Below, piece by piece: positions 29,753 to 39,446 of a stretch of 64,000 nucleotides of DNA. The stretch comes from an uncultured Thermoplasmatales archaeon (lineage in GTDB: Archaea > Thermoplasmatota > E2 > DHVEG-1): assembly GCA_964467345.1 (NCBI GenBank), contig CAYXPY010000001.1, positions 82,986-146,985 on the forward strand. Direction: 5' to 3'. Position 1 is the first letter of the stretch. Each line of letters opens with the position of its first letter. The position numbers and the translations under genes are program-made. The notes beneath the pieces were generated by a model. The model was not told the DNA's origin. It saw only the letters and a list, made by a program, of their open reading frames with translations, and ran no database searches.

Positions 29753-31477
29753 TCACATCTCCTTTGGAGCAGAGATTCCTAGTAAATCAAGGGCATTATG
29801 AAGAACGATTTTTGTTGCGTGTACAAGGGCAAGCCGTGAGGAGCGAATCGAACTGTTTTCCTCAGATAGTACAGGGCAATCTCGATAGAATTGGTTGAAC
29901 GCTGAGGCTGTTTCGAAAAGGTAGTTTGTTACAAGATGTGGTTTGTAGCTGTTACAAGCGTCTTCAATGATAAGGGGGAATCTAGCTAGTTTTTTAATCA
30001 GTGTGGTTTCCGATCCATGGATTAATAGTGCAGGATCAAAGATATGTTCCATGATAGTTACTTTCGAAAGGATGCTGCATGCTCTCGCATGGGAATATTG
30101 AATGAAAGGAACCGCATTACCTTCGAAATTCAGGGCATCTTCCCAGGTAAATACAATGTCTTTTTCTGGTTGAACTTTTATGATATTGTACCGGAGAGAT
30201 CCGATACCGATTAATTCTGCGATTTTTCTCATTTCTGATTCTTCGAGTTCGTCAGATCTCCTTTTTTTAATCTCTTCATAGGCATGTTCGATGCATTCAT
30301 CTATAAGCTCATCAAGGTAGACGACCCGGCCTTTTCGGGTGGACATTTTCCCACCAGGTAAGGAGACAAATGCGTAGAAGACGACCTGGGGAAGGATCTT
30401 TGTTTTTAGAAGTTCGAGAGCCACGGTCACTTGTTTGGATTCCAGTTTATGGTCCTCCCCGAGTACATTGATGAGGATGTCTGCTTGATTTGCTTTCCAT
30501 CGATGGTAGGCGATATCCCTTGTCGCGTAGAGTGTGGTACCATTGCTTCTTAAAAAGAAAAATTTGGTATTTCTTCCATGGATACCAAATGGTTCCATAT
30601 CGATATAGAATGCTTTGTCTTCCTCACGGCAGTATTGTGTTTGTTTTAATTCTTTGACCACCTGGTCAACGCTTTTGTTATATACGAAGGTTGATTCAGG
30701 GATGTACGTATCAATGGTGATATGTATTCTCTGTAGACTTTGTTGTATACCGGCAAGCACGGGGGCGTACGCTGTATGGATCAATTCTATAGTTTTTTCA
30801 TCACCCTGTTCCAATTTTTTAACGATATCACCAATCTGTTCCGCTATGGTGCAATCCAGACCCATGCGCTCATTTGCAGTCTGATAGTATCCAACCATTT
30901 GATGATCAGCTTTTTTATAGTCTGACGGGGGGATGTCCTTTTGGTTCAGATTTTTAACCCCCCAGGCTAGAATCGCCACTTGTTTTCCCAGATCATCAAG
31001 ATAAAATTGTGATTCCACATCGTATCCTGCTGCCTTGAAGAGCCTTACGAGAGTATCACCGATGATGGGGTTTCTTGCGCGGCCAACATGCAAGGGACCA
31101 TTTGGGTTTGAAGAGGTATGCTCGATAATCACTTTTTTATTCTTTTTTTTCAGATGTCCATAGGTTTCTTTTTTTTCTAAAACTGATTGGAGTGTAAGAG
31201 AGGATAGTTCAGTAGTGTTTATGAAAAAGTTCACATAACTGCCCTTTGCTACTACGTTGGTAATCCAATTGCTTTTTGGAATGTCCTTGACAATCTGGGC
31301 TGCGATGTCAGCAGGGGATTTTTTTAGGAGCGGGGCAAGTTGGAAGCAAGGGAAAGCAAAATCACCCATGTTTTCTGGCGGGGTTTCAATTTTGATTTCA
31401 AAAGCAATATTAAATTTTGAGATAGCTTTTTGAATTCTTGATTTGATTTCATTTTTGCATTCTTCAAGCGGATACAT
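29753..31477 (-). CDS. argS: Arginine--tRNA ligase.
   Basis: Class I HIGH-type motif PNGPLHVGRARNPIIGD, a KMSTRKG-like KMSKS motif, and a C-terminal DALR anticodon-binding region. Confidence 0.9.
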   Translation of the reverse strand: MYPLEECKNEIKSRIQKAISKFNIAFEIKIETPPENMGDFAFPCFQLAPLLKKSPADIAAQIVKDIPKSNWITNVVAKGSYVNFFINTTELSSLTLQSVLEKKETYGHLKKKNKKVIIEHTSSNPNGPLHVGRARNPIIGDTLVRLFKAAGYDVESQFYLDDLGKQVAILAWGVKNLNQKDIPPSDYKKADHQMVGYYQTANERMGLDCTIAEQIGDIVKKLEQGDEKTIELIHTAYAPVLAGIQQSLQRIHITIDTYIPESTFVYNKSVDQVVKELKQTQYCREEDKAFYIDMEPFGIHGRNTKFFFLRSNGTTLYATRDIAYHRWKANQADILINVLGEDHKLESKQVTVALELLKTKILPQVVFYAFVSLPGGKMSTRKGRVVYLDELIDECIEHAYEEIKKRRSDELEESEMRKIAELIGIGSLRYNIIKVQPEKDIVFTWEDALNFEGNAVPFIQYSHARACSILSKVTIMEHIFDPALLIHGSETTLIKKLARFPLIIEDACNSYKPHLVTNYLFETASAFNQFYRDCPVLSEENSSIRSSRLALVHATKIVLHNALDLLGISAPKEM

Positions 31478-31610
31478 ACTATACTGCGGAAATTGTCTTG
31501 GTGTTATAAGGTTTTGTTATCGCTTTTTTGTTTTTTTTTTATCGCGCGTCCTAGACTAAGGAAAACCATCTAGATTTATATGTAATGAACGTATTAACGG
31601 TGCAATCGGG

Positions 31611-32036
31611 ATGGGTTGCATGGGAAAAACAATAGCACTTAAAATAACAAAAAAAGAGGAACAGATTATTGCAGAGCTCAATAGACTTGGATTGAGTAAT
31701 AGTGATCTTTTAAGAAACGCTCTTCGTGAATACTTATCTTACATTCATGAATCATCTCCAGAGGACACTGAGCTAAAAAACATTTTTATAAAGCAAGAAG
31801 ACAAACAGGCAAGAGTATTTGATACCTTTAAAGAACTGAAAGAAGAGATAAAGCATTTACGGCAAGAAATGGAAAAAAATCAAAAACAATTTGAAAACGA
31901 CATGACCTTACTTCAGAGACGATTATATCTGCTTTCGGTCAGTCATCCAATCGCGACTCAAGATTCATCATCAAGAAAAGAGCATAGTGTTCATGATATT
32001 CATCAGGAAGTTGATGAATTTCTTCAGAAACAGTGA
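31611..32036 (+). CDS. Ribbon-helix-helix (CopG/Arc-like) DNA-binding protein with a C-terminal coiled coil.
   Basis: KTIALKITKKEEQIIAELNRLGLSNSDLLRNALREYL has the strand-helix-G-x-S-helix RHH pattern. The heptad-like charged C-terminal half suggests a coiled coil. ATG at 31620 is an alternative start. Confidence 0.5.
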   Translation: MGCMGKTIALKITKKEEQIIAELNRLGLSNSDLLRNALREYLSYIHESSPEDTELKNIFIKQEDKQARVFDTFKELKEEIKHLRQEMEKNQKQFENDMTLLQRRLYLLSVSHPIATQDSSSRKEHSVHDIHQEVDEFLQKQ

Positions 32037-32082
32037 CAGTAATAACAGAGGAACAAAAAACCACAGTGGATGTTTTCTTAGG

Positions 32083-32457
32083 TTAAGGTGGTGTGACAAA
32101 ATATCCTTTTACCGTCTGGAGTAACTGCCTTGTGTCGAAAGGCTTGGTGATGTAATTTTTAATGTATTGTTTGAGGTCATCCATCTTCCAATCGCATTCA
32201 TCCTTGGCTGATATCATGGAGATGATATTGCCTTGATTGAGTCCCTTGGTTATTATTTCACGAATGGTCGCCCATCCATCCATATGAGGCATCATGATAT
32301 CCATGAGTATGACACCTTTGAAACCGTGTTCGAGTTCGTCTATGCAGTCTTTGCCGCACGGGACTGTGTATACCTCAAATCCTTCTGATTCAAACAATTC
32401 CCGTACCGTGATAAGAATATCAGGATCGTCATCCACAATCATGATCTTTTTTTGCAT
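32083..32457 (-). CDS. Response regulator receiver protein (receiver only).
   Basis: MQKKIMIVDDDPDIL...GVILMDIMMPHMDGW. Confidence 0.8.
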   Translation of the reverse strand: MQKKIMIVDDDPDILITVRELFESEGFEVYTVPCGKDCIDELEHGFKGVILMDIMMPHMDGWATIREIITKGLNQGNIISMISAKDECDWKMDDLKQYIKNYITKPFDTRQLLQTVKGYFVTPP

Positions 32458-32567
32458 CCGAATCCAAATAAGGAAACAGATGGTACGGTTATTAATTTTT
32501 TGTTATCCATCCATTGAAAATATGTTGCATGCATTGAATCGATGAAATGAGCCTGAAAAAAATATTT

Positions 32568-32822
32568 TTACGTAATCATTGGGTCAAATGCGTCTGTGTT
32601 GTTTGGGGGCCGGGGGTGATTTCGCCCGTTTAATCTTTTTGCAATCTGGTGTAAAAAATTCTTTTCTACCATTTCTACTTGTCTTTTACTGAGATTCGTC
32701 TTCCTAATCAATATTTCCCCTCGTTCGTTAATGACCTCGATGATGCCTCGCTCTGCGTCTGAGATTACTTTAAATGTTTTTCCTTTTGTTTGGAGCCAAT
32801 CCCAGATGTGTTCACCTGTCAT
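32568..32822 (-). CDS. Small protein (84 aa) of unknown family. Paralog A, divergently paired with KaiC-like gene 1.
   Basis: About 40% identical to 33836..34063, sharing the pattern IWxWxQ...K(V/A)IS..E.G.I......I(L)R(K/R)T.LS..QV. No Cys or His. Confidence 0.55.
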   Translation of the reverse strand: MTGEHIWDWLQTKGKTFKVISDAERGIIEVINERGEILIRKTNLSKRQVEMVEKNFLHQIAKRLNGRNHPRPPNNTDAFDPMIT

Positions 32823-33047
32823 AAAAATTCCTTAATTTTTATATATTTTTAAGTTAGTTTATTGGTATTTAAACATTCCGATAAAATCAGTTCAAAACCT
32901 GAACGAGTCAAAGAACGAGGTTCTTCCAGGGTCATATTTTCAGTCTGACAGATTTACACCTTATGTTTATATAGTCGTAATAAGAGAAATTGACGCGGTA
33001 AACATTAAAGAGATGGAACAAGATAGTGTTTACCTTGAGAGTGAAGC

Positions 33048-33839
33048 GTGAGTGAATTTCGTATCCCTAATATAAAACTTGAAATGCTACGGGAAGAAGA
33101 GGTGGTGTTGAAGACCCAAATCCCCGGGTTTGATGAATTATTTAAAGAAGGGGGCGTTCCGAAGCGAAACGCCATTTTGGTCGCTGGTGGAGCAGGTACC
33201 GGTAAGAGCACATTGTGTAGACAAATCTGTTATAATCTTGTTACGCAGGGTAAGCATTGTATGTATGTGAGTTTCGAGGAGAGTATCGAGAAAATTGAGC
33301 GAAGTATGTCTGCGTTTGGTTGGGATGCGAAAAGATACGTTGATTCAGGGCATTTGCTCATCCAGAAGATTAATCCGTTGGATATTCTTCGAATGAAATT
33401 CGGTTCGGTGAGCGGATCTGGTTCAGCGACAGAGTTATCCTATAAGATTAAACCATTGATTATCCCAAAAGATTTTAATCCAGAGATCATCGTCGTTGAT
33501 TCATTAACCGCTGTTATCTCTGCGTCTATCAGCAAGGAGAAAAACTACCGGGTATATCTCCAGCAGCTGTTTAATTTCTTTGAAGATACCCATGCAACAT
33601 CCTTTTTGATAACAGAGACTGAACCGATTCCGACGAGGTTCAGCGAGACAGGGATTGAAGAATTTTTAGCAGATGGGATCATTGTGTTATATAATCTCCA
33701 GCTTGGTGATTGCCGGCAGAACGCTATTGAGGTGCTGAAGATGCGGTATTCAAATCATCAGAAGAAAATATTTTCGATGGAAATCTACAATAAGGGGATA
33801 AAAGTGTATCCGGACCGACAGATATCATTACCGGTCTAA
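33048..33839 (+). CDS. KaiC-like single-domain RecA-superfamily ATPase, copy 1.
   Basis: IPGFDELFKEGGVPKRNAILVAGGAGTGKSTLCRQ is the KaiC/RadA-paralog signature. GTG start at 33048; ATG at 33084 is plausible. Confidence 0.8.
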   Translation: MSEFRIPNIKLEMLREEEVVLKTQIPGFDELFKEGGVPKRNAILVAGGAGTGKSTLCRQICYNLVTQGKHCMYVSFEESIEKIERSMSAFGWDAKRYVDSGHLLIQKINPLDILRMKFGSVSGSGSATELSYKIKPLIIPKDFNPEIIVVDSLTAVISASISKEKNYRVYLQQLFNFFEDTHATSFLITETEPIPTRFSETGIEEFLADGIIVLYNLQLGDCRQNAIEVLKMRYSNHQKKIFSMEIYNKGIKVYPDRQISLPV

Positions 33840-34063
33840 AGATAGGTAAAGGGTTCTTTTCTGTCACCGATTTTATTAAGGGCATAGGTTGCAAAGATAA
33901 GTTCTATGGTTTTTACTTGCTGTCGTGAAAGGCCGGTGCGGCGCAAGATGATGTTGTCACATTCGTCATAAATTGAGATGGTGCCTGACTCTCTGTTTGA
34001 GATTGCTTTGAGTATTCTGTTGTTTTGCACCCATATCCAGATTTTAATGCCCTTCGTGCTCAT
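33836..34063 (-). CDS. Small protein (75 aa), paralog B of 32568..32822. Divergently paired with KaiC-like gene 2.
   Basis: Homology to paralog A. ATG at 34063. The 3' end overlaps the KaiC-1 stop by 4 nt (convergent). Confidence 0.55.
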   Translation of the reverse strand: MSTKGIKIWIWVQNNRILKAISNRESGTISIYDECDNIILRRTGLSRQQVKTIELIFATYALNKIGDRKEPFTYL

Positions 34064-34233
34064 GTTTTCATTCTCGTGTATCTATGATATATATTTCATT
34101 TAATAAATATATAAATATTTTCATAAATATTAATATACTATAATGAAACCATGTCAATAATCGTCATGCAAACTGGAGTCGAAGATAACAAATTAATTAT
34201 ATATCCACAATTATACAGAGGCGAGGGTGGATC

Positions 34234-34992
34234 ATGGCGCTCATCCAGACTGATACTAAAGTTACAGTGAGTAAAATGGAACGTGTGAAAACAGGTATTA
34301 AAGGACTCGACGAACTAATCTCAGGAGGGCTGCCAAAAGAAAGCATCACCCTTGTCTCAGGACCACCAGGAAGCGGTAAATCTATTTTCTGTTATCAATT
34401 CATTGCCCAAGGTGTCCAAGACGGTGAAAAATGCCTGTATCTTACACTTGATAAGAAAATCGAAGGACTACTCCTGCAAGCCTCAGAGTTGGGACTGAAT
34501 TTCGCACCAGCAATCCAAACCGGACAAGTCAAATTCCTCTTCCTCAATATCAATAAAAAACTCATCTACGAAAGCATGATCAATGAAATCCTCTCAGGCA
34601 ATTATGACCGTATCGTCCTTGACTCGATAACACCCTTATCAGAGATGCCGATTTATATCAACAACCCTGAATTCACCAGCGAGGTCGATAACATCGACCA
34701 TGGAGAAATAACGTCAGGGAACTTCCCAGTCAGACGGCTCCATCTCCATTACATCATGAACGCTTTGGAAACAGCAAAATGCACTGCTGTCGTGACCTCA
34801 GAGCTCCCATCAGGTTCAACACATTACTCCCGTGATGGCCTCTCTGAATTCCTCGCAGACGCAGTAATTATCCTAAGTCTCGACCCGACAATGGACCGCC
34901 GCAAGCTAGCTGTAATGAAAATGCGAAGCACCAAACATACACTGAAGCCACAGAACATAGAAATCGGCAAGGGCGGCATGCAAATAGTCTAA
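34234..34992 (+). CDS. KaiC-like single-domain RecA-superfamily ATPase, copy 2.
   Basis: VKTGIKGLDELISGGLPKESITLVSGPPGSGKSIFCYQF...GEKCLYLTLD matches the KaiC family closely. Confidence 0.85.
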   Translation: MALIQTDTKVTVSKMERVKTGIKGLDELISGGLPKESITLVSGPPGSGKSIFCYQFIAQGVQDGEKCLYLTLDKKIEGLLLQASELGLNFAPAIQTGQVKFLFLNINKKLIYESMINEILSGNYDRIVLDSITPLSEMPIYINNPEFTSEVDNIDHGEITSGNFPVRRLHLHYIMNALETAKCTAVVTSELPSGSTHYSRDGLSEFLADAVIILSLDPTMDRRKLAVMKMRSTKHTLKPQNIEIGKGGMQIV

Positions 34993-34996
34993 GAAC

Positions 34997-35464
34997 ATGT
35001 TCCAATACCGACCACCAAAACAGCTCCGGGCGCTTTTCATTATCCATTATGCACCCCTGCTGCTGATTATCCTCATAGGACCCCTTACTGCGTATTACGG
35101 TGTCTGGGAGATCCCTTTACCGAAACTTATGACGATCATTTCAGGATGTATCGTTTTTCTCCTTGGCACGTATGTCTATTTCAAATGGGAAATCTTCTGG
35201 CATAAAACATACAAAGGACAGCTGGTGACTGATGGGATCTTTCAACAGATCAGACATCCCCATTACACCTCCATCCTCATCGTTGGGTTCGGCCTAGCAT
35301 TGTTTTTCTATTCCCTCTTTGCATTTGCCATCTCTGTGATCGCCATCCCATTAATGATATGGAGTATAATCGATGAAGAAAAGGTACTGATGAAACAGTA
35401 TGGGGAGCCTTATAAGGAATATATGAAAAAGGTGCCCTGGAGAATCATCCCAAGGATCTTCTGA
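34997..35464 (+). CDS. Isoprenylcysteine carboxyl methyltransferase/phospholipid methyltransferase family membrane protein.
   Basis: C-terminal IRHPHYTSILIVGFG...EEKVLMKQYGEPYKEY ICMT/PEMT signature. Four-nt gap after KaiC-2 suggests co-transcription. Confidence 0.65.
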   Translation: MFQYRPPKQLRALFIIHYAPLLLIILIGPLTAYYGVWEIPLPKLMTIISGCIVFLLGTYVYFKWEIFWHKTYKGQLVTDGIFQQIRHPHYTSILIVGFGLALFFYSLFAFAISVIAIPLMIWSIIDEEKVLMKQYGEPYKEYMKKVPWRIIPRIF

Positions 35465-35488
35465 TGATCCTTGCATCACTTCCTTTAA

Positions 35489-36550
35489 TCATTCGCATTC
35501 GATTTTCGGAGGCATCCATTCTCTTTTCTTGAAAAAGAGATAGATCATATAGGTGCACAGGATCGTTGAAACCACCAATATCGCAATGATCCACGGCCAT
35601 TCAATAAGATCATTTATTTTACCGATACCAAATATCGTAGCAAGCGTGTTTGGGACAAGACCTGCTGTCGCCAGCACCGCAAGCCATGTTGCAATAAAAG
35701 CCAACCGGTTGTTCAACATCTGTAATTGGTTATTATAAATGGTCTGCAGCACTTCTAAACCAGATGCGAGCACCTCGCTCATATGTTCACTGAGTGCTAT
35801 CTGTCTGTTGATATCATCACCCAGGATACCGATACGCTGTAAAAGCTTCTGATTATCTGAGACGGTCTCGGCATCTCCATACCGTAACGAGTTTATCACA
35901 TCCCATGACGCCCAAAGGGTGTTTAGATAGGTAATCAACGCATGCTTCATTTTATAGATGTCATTGCCGATTTCAACCCGTGGTGCCTTTGGGTCAATCA
36001 TGTATTTCCCAAGTTCATCGCCTTCTTCTTCGATTTTCCGTAGACCATTGAAATTCTTCTGATTGTTCTCATCGATGATACGAGTCAGAAGAATCGTCAA
36101 TCTATCGTTCCAAGGTAAATCCTGGCGGATTTTCTTCATAAAGATGTCCGCGTATCGGTAGATTTTTTGTAAACGGATGACTTCTTTTGGATGAATGGTG
36201 AGTATCAAATTTTTTCGTACCAAAATCAGCAACGGATAGACCTTGACATCAAATTTATCCACTCGAACTGCTGGTAACATTAAACCTAACTCTGTATCAA
36301 GATCCTCATAAGCCGAATAGGGGTCTGTTAGGACACTTGCGACAAGCTGCAAACTAAACTTCAGTGATGATGCGATAACAAAACTATCCTCGTTGATATT
36401 CTCAACAGTAAAATCCATCCATTCTAAAGCCTCTTCCTGTAAATGTCCGACAATTTCAGAGATATCGTCACTTTCTTTTTTTATTGTGACACCATCTTTC
36501 GAGAGTGAGACGTAAAAAGCGCTTTTTTGTGTCTTTTCGGCTTCGCCCAT
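35489..36550 (-). CDS. CorA-like divalent cation transporter. Tentative, with an atypical GIN/GIG motif in place of GMN.
   Basis: Large soluble N-terminal domain plus two C-terminal TM helices, preceded by the loop FGIGKIN. Overall CorA/ZntB-like topology. Confidence 0.45.
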   Translation of the reverse strand: MGEAEKTQKSAFYVSLSKDGVTIKKESDDISEIVGHLQEEALEWMDFTVENINEDSFVIASSLKFSLQLVASVLTDPYSAYEDLDTELGLMLPAVRVDKFDVKVYPLLILVRKNLILTIHPKEVIRLQKIYRYADIFMKKIRQDLPWNDRLTILLTRIIDENNQKNFNGLRKIEEEGDELGKYMIDPKAPRVEIGNDIYKMKHALITYLNTLWASWDVINSLRYGDAETVSDNQKLLQRIGILGDDINRQIALSEHMSEVLASGLEVLQTIYNNQLQMLNNRLAFIATWLAVLATAGLVPNTLATIFGIGKINDLIEWPWIIAILVVSTILCTYMIYLFFKKREWMPPKIECE

Positions 36551-36654
36551 GATTACTCACCCTGCATGAGATTTTGCTTTAGAATGAGACTACATCAGCA
36601 GGGTGCATATAAAACTACGTTTGAAGGTTTCAAAGTAACATAAAAAAAGAAGGA

Positions 36655-36728
36655 CGGACCTGTCGGGATTTGAACCCGAGTCAGAGGCTCCGGAGGCCTC
36701 TGTGATATCCAAGCTACACTACAGGCCC
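36655..36728 (-). tRNA. tRNA-Arg (anticodon CCG).
   Basis: Reverse complement folds as acceptor GGGCCTG/CAGGTCC (one G-U pair), anticodon arm GAGGC-CTCCGGA-GCCTC, and T-arm TCGGG-TTCAAAT-CCCGA. 74 nt, no encoded CCA. Confidence 0.8.
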
Positions 36729-36880
36729 AAGACAACCCGGCTAATCCGCAGAAGAATTAATAGGTTTTGCGTGGTCTTTCTTTTTTCTTTATATAGATAG
36801 TTTTAGACAAAGAGTAATATTCTATTCGGAATCTCAAAACACTATGGAAAAAACGTAGCAAAAGAAATCCTACTGCCAAT

Positions 36881-37060
36881 CTAAGGTTTTGGTGCCTCGT
36901 TTTCCTGTTTTTTTGTTTTAAACTCAGTATAACCGCATTTACCGCAGCTTGTTCGATCTTTATGATCTGCAAGGAACACGCCGTCCCCGCATTTCGGGCA
37001 GCTTTTCCGCTGCCGAACAATCTTTTCACCTTCAACCTTAAACACTTCTCTTTTTTCCAT
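36881..37060 (-). CDS. rps27ae: Ribosomal protein S27ae (eS31).
   Basis: Manual translation [48 protein letters not shown] contains the C4 zinc ribbon. The antisense 149-aa ORF (36757..37206) is spurious. Confidence 0.8.
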   Translation of the reverse strand: MEKREVFKVEGEKIVRQRKSCPKCGDGVFLADHKDRTSCGKCGYTEFKTKKQENEAPKP

Positions 37061-37078
37061 GAGTTCACCCTTCTTTTC

Positions 37079-37474
37079 TTAGGCTTGTTTCTGAGCAGAC
37101 GGTGGCTTAGTTTCTGCTTTTGCAGGCTTTTCCTTTGGAGCCTCTTTCTTCTCAGCTCCTTCTTTTGAAGTTTCTTTCTTTGCTTTTTTCTTTGTCCCCA
37201 GACCATTGCGTTTCAGAATGGGATCTGCTTCCCGTGCTTTTGCATCTTCGATAGAGTGGTAAATCTTCGCATAGCCAACTGTTTTCCGGGAGCCAAAAGA
37301 AGAATGCATCGCGTCGACCATGATGGTTTCCTTCTTCGTGTTGAGTTTCTCAGCAAGTTCACTGCGAACCAGCTCTCGTTTCGGAGTACCTTCACCTTCA
37401 TGAAGAACTGTAAAACGAATCTCGGTTCTGCCAAGCAGGACATTATCAACTTTCGATTGAATCTCAATTTCCAT
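37079..37474 (-). CDS. rps24e: Ribosomal protein S24e with a Lys/Ala/Glu-rich C-terminal extension.
   Basis: MEIEIQSKVDNVLLGRTEIRFTVLHEGEGTPKRELVRSELAEKLN is the canonical S24e N-terminus. A tail of about 35 aa follows (KKKAKKETSKEGAEKKEAPKEKPAKAETKPP). Confidence 0.85.
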   Translation of the reverse strand: MEIEIQSKVDNVLLGRTEIRFTVLHEGEGTPKRELVRSELAEKLNTKKETIMVDAMHSSFGSRKTVGYAKIYHSIEDAKAREADPILKRNGLGTKKKAKKETSKEGAEKKEAPKEKPAKAETKPPSAQKQA

Positions 37475-37480
37475 AGGACA

Positions 37481-37981
37481 TCACATTCTATCTAATACTT
37501 CTTTTACCTTCTGTTTATGAGCCGTTGTTGCTTGTACGACTACGACCCCCTTATTCGGCAATCCATATATTACTGTTACGCCTGGAGGAGCAAGGTATAT
37601 TGCAGCCAAAGAAGCAAGATCCTCCTCCCCGTCGACCTCGATACAAACCGGGCCAGCCTGCAGATTCTGAAAAACGCTGTGAATCGCGTCCCATAGCTCA
37701 TCAGAAATCGTCCCTGGAGGGTTTTTTATCAGGAGATGGACCGCCCCAAAGGCTTGGATGCATGCTTTCATCTCTTCAGGGTAAGGTTTACGTTCTAGGA
37801 TAAAATCGACGATACAAAGGACGGGAGAAAACCCATGCTTCAGAAGAGTGTAGGTGACCTTGTCTCCAACAGAAACAATGTGCTTTTCTTTTTTAAGGAG
37901 TTTAAGAAGGGTTGGTTCGTCGACCAATTGTCCAATGTAGCCTTTCAAAGTATCCTTGAGATCATCAGGTAAAACATGCAT
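37481..37981 (-). CDS. DUF359 protein, likely the archaeal GTP-dependent dephospho-CoA kinase.
   Basis: Conserved position in the rpoE-spt4-DUF359 operon. GVTVIYGLP and VSVGDKVT segments are typical of DUF359. Confidence 0.6.
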   Translation of the reverse strand: MHVLPDDLKDTLKGYIGQLVDEPTLLKLLKKEKHIVSVGDKVTYTLLKHGFSPVLCIVDFILERKPYPEEMKACIQAFGAVHLLIKNPPGTISDELWDAIHSVFQNLQAGPVCIEVDGEEDLASLAAIYLAPPGVTVIYGLPNKGVVVVQATTAHKQKVKEVLDRM

Positions 37982-37983
37982 CG

Positions 37984-38169
37984 TTAACTTACCTTTAAAG
38001 CATATTTCCCAGGTTTTGTGATGTTCATCTTCTTGGCCACCTGGGAATGTTCCGGGTCACGAACAATCACATACCCTCGCCATCGGCTTACGGTCTGATC
38101 AGAACAGTTTGGACAGCGGTCCTTTTCCGTTAACAAATGACAGGATTTACATGCATTTAATGTTTTCAT
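37984..38169 (-). CDS. spt4: Transcription elongation factor Spt4 (RpoE''), a zinc-ribbon protein.
   Basis: 61 aa with CKSC...CPNC. Immediately downstream of rpoE, overlapping it by 4 nt. Confidence 0.85.
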   Translation of the reverse strand: MKTLNACKSCHLLTEKDRCPNCSDQTVSRWRGYVIVRDPEHSQVAKKMNITKPGKYALKVS

Positions 38170-38777
38170 TTTTTCTCCCTTTGTTCATCCTTTTTTTCTT
38201 TTCGGTCTTCCCGTTTTTTTTCGCCTCGTTTTTCATCTTTTGGTTCTACGAGCCATTCATGGGTACCTAACGCTGGTTGTCGCATGGTCAGACCGATTTT
38301 GCTTTCCCGAGCAGATAATTCGTTTAAACTTACGGCGACTATCCGGGCGCGTATCGCATCACCGACTTTAAGGATCCGTTTTGTTTCTTTTCCCTGAATG
38401 CGTCCGCTTTCTGCATCAACATCCACATAATCGTTCATAATCTGGCTCATATGGAGCAGGGCATCAAGAGGACCGATATGGCAAAAGGCACCGAACTCGA
38501 CGATTTCACAGACCATACCATCAACAATCTCCTGAAGGAGGGGATTGAAGGTGAGAGCTTCGAATTCAACTTTCTGATACATACCCCCATCACCATGGAT
38601 GACGATACCGTCACCTAGCGGGGTGATGTTATCGACAGCGACAATTAACCCATAATTCCGCCGGATGGTCCCTTCAAATGTTTTCTGGACGATATCTTTT
38701 ATAGCCTCGTTTAAATCTTCACCAAATCGCTCGGGAGGTACTCGAATCGTATCATTAATTTTTGCTAAGGCGTACAT
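38166..38777 (-). CDS. rpoE: DNA-directed RNA polymerase subunit E (Rpo7) with S1 domain.
   Basis: N-terminal Rpb7-like fold followed by an S1 domain. Conserved operon context. Confidence 0.85.
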   Translation of the reverse strand: MYALAKINDTIRVPPERFGEDLNEAIKDIVQKTFEGTIRRNYGLIVAVDNITPLGDGIVIHGDGGMYQKVEFEALTFNPLLQEIVDGMVCEIVEFGAFCHIGPLDALLHMSQIMNDYVDVDAESGRIQGKETKRILKVGDAIRARIVAVSLNELSARESKIGLTMRQPALGTHEWLVEPKDEKRGEKKREDRKEKKDEQREKK

Positions 38778-39011
38778 TATCTCACTTTTTTATCCTTGAT
38801 TAAAGTTCGAACTGGAATGGTCTTATTCCTTAAATTCTTTTTGAGTGGTAAAAGAGCTGAAAAACAGGGTAAAATTTCTTCCTATAACCCAAGAAACGTT
38901 CAGAGATTCCTTGTTAAGGAGAAGATTTATAAAATACTCACTATTCCCCTTCTTGTAACACTACGTCATAGAGTTGCTCCGTAGAAAGAAGAATTACAAG
39001 GAGAAAGAATC

Positions 39012-39446
39012 ATGGCAGAATTTAAAGTCGTCGTCAATGATATACAATCTGGTAAATCATACAATATCCCTGTGAGCGGACATCATGCCAACTCATTGAT
39101 AGGCAAGAAAATCAACGATGAAGTCGATGGCATCTTCGTCTCACTTCCAGGATACAAACTCAAAATAACTGGAGGAACCGATAAAGATGGATTCCCCATG
39201 AGGCACGATATCCCTGGATCGACCCGGAGACGTTTGCTTCTCAGCAAGGGTCTTGGTTTCAAACCAAAGGAGAGAGGGAAACGAAAAAAGAAATCAGTCC
39301 GTGGGAACACGATAAACCAGGAAATCGTCCAGGTGAATATGAAAGTCTTGAAACCTGGTGCGAAACCAATCGAAGAAATCATCAAAGGCGAAGGGAAAAC
39401 AGAAGTAAAAGAAGCAGCTCCTAAGGAGAAGAAAGAGGAGCAATAA
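39012..39446 (+). CDS. rps6e: Ribosomal protein S6e.
   Basis: [21 protein letters not shown]...[10 protein letters not shown] is the S6e signature. Confidence 0.9.
   Translation: MAEFKVVVNDIQSGKSYNIPVSGHHANSLIGKKINDEVDGIFVSLPGYKLKITGGTDKDGFPMRHDIPGSTRRRLLLSKGLGFKPKERGKRKKKSVRGNTINQEIVQVNMKVLKPGAKPIEEIIKGEGKTEVKEAAPKEKKEEQ

Noticed and set aside
36757-37206. 149-aa Lys/Arg-rich ORF on the minus strand spanning the S27ae/S24e region.
   Set aside because: It is antisense and out of frame to two unambiguous ribosomal protein genes (S27ae zinc ribbon and the S24e C-terminus). Its basic composition mirrors their Lys-rich codons.
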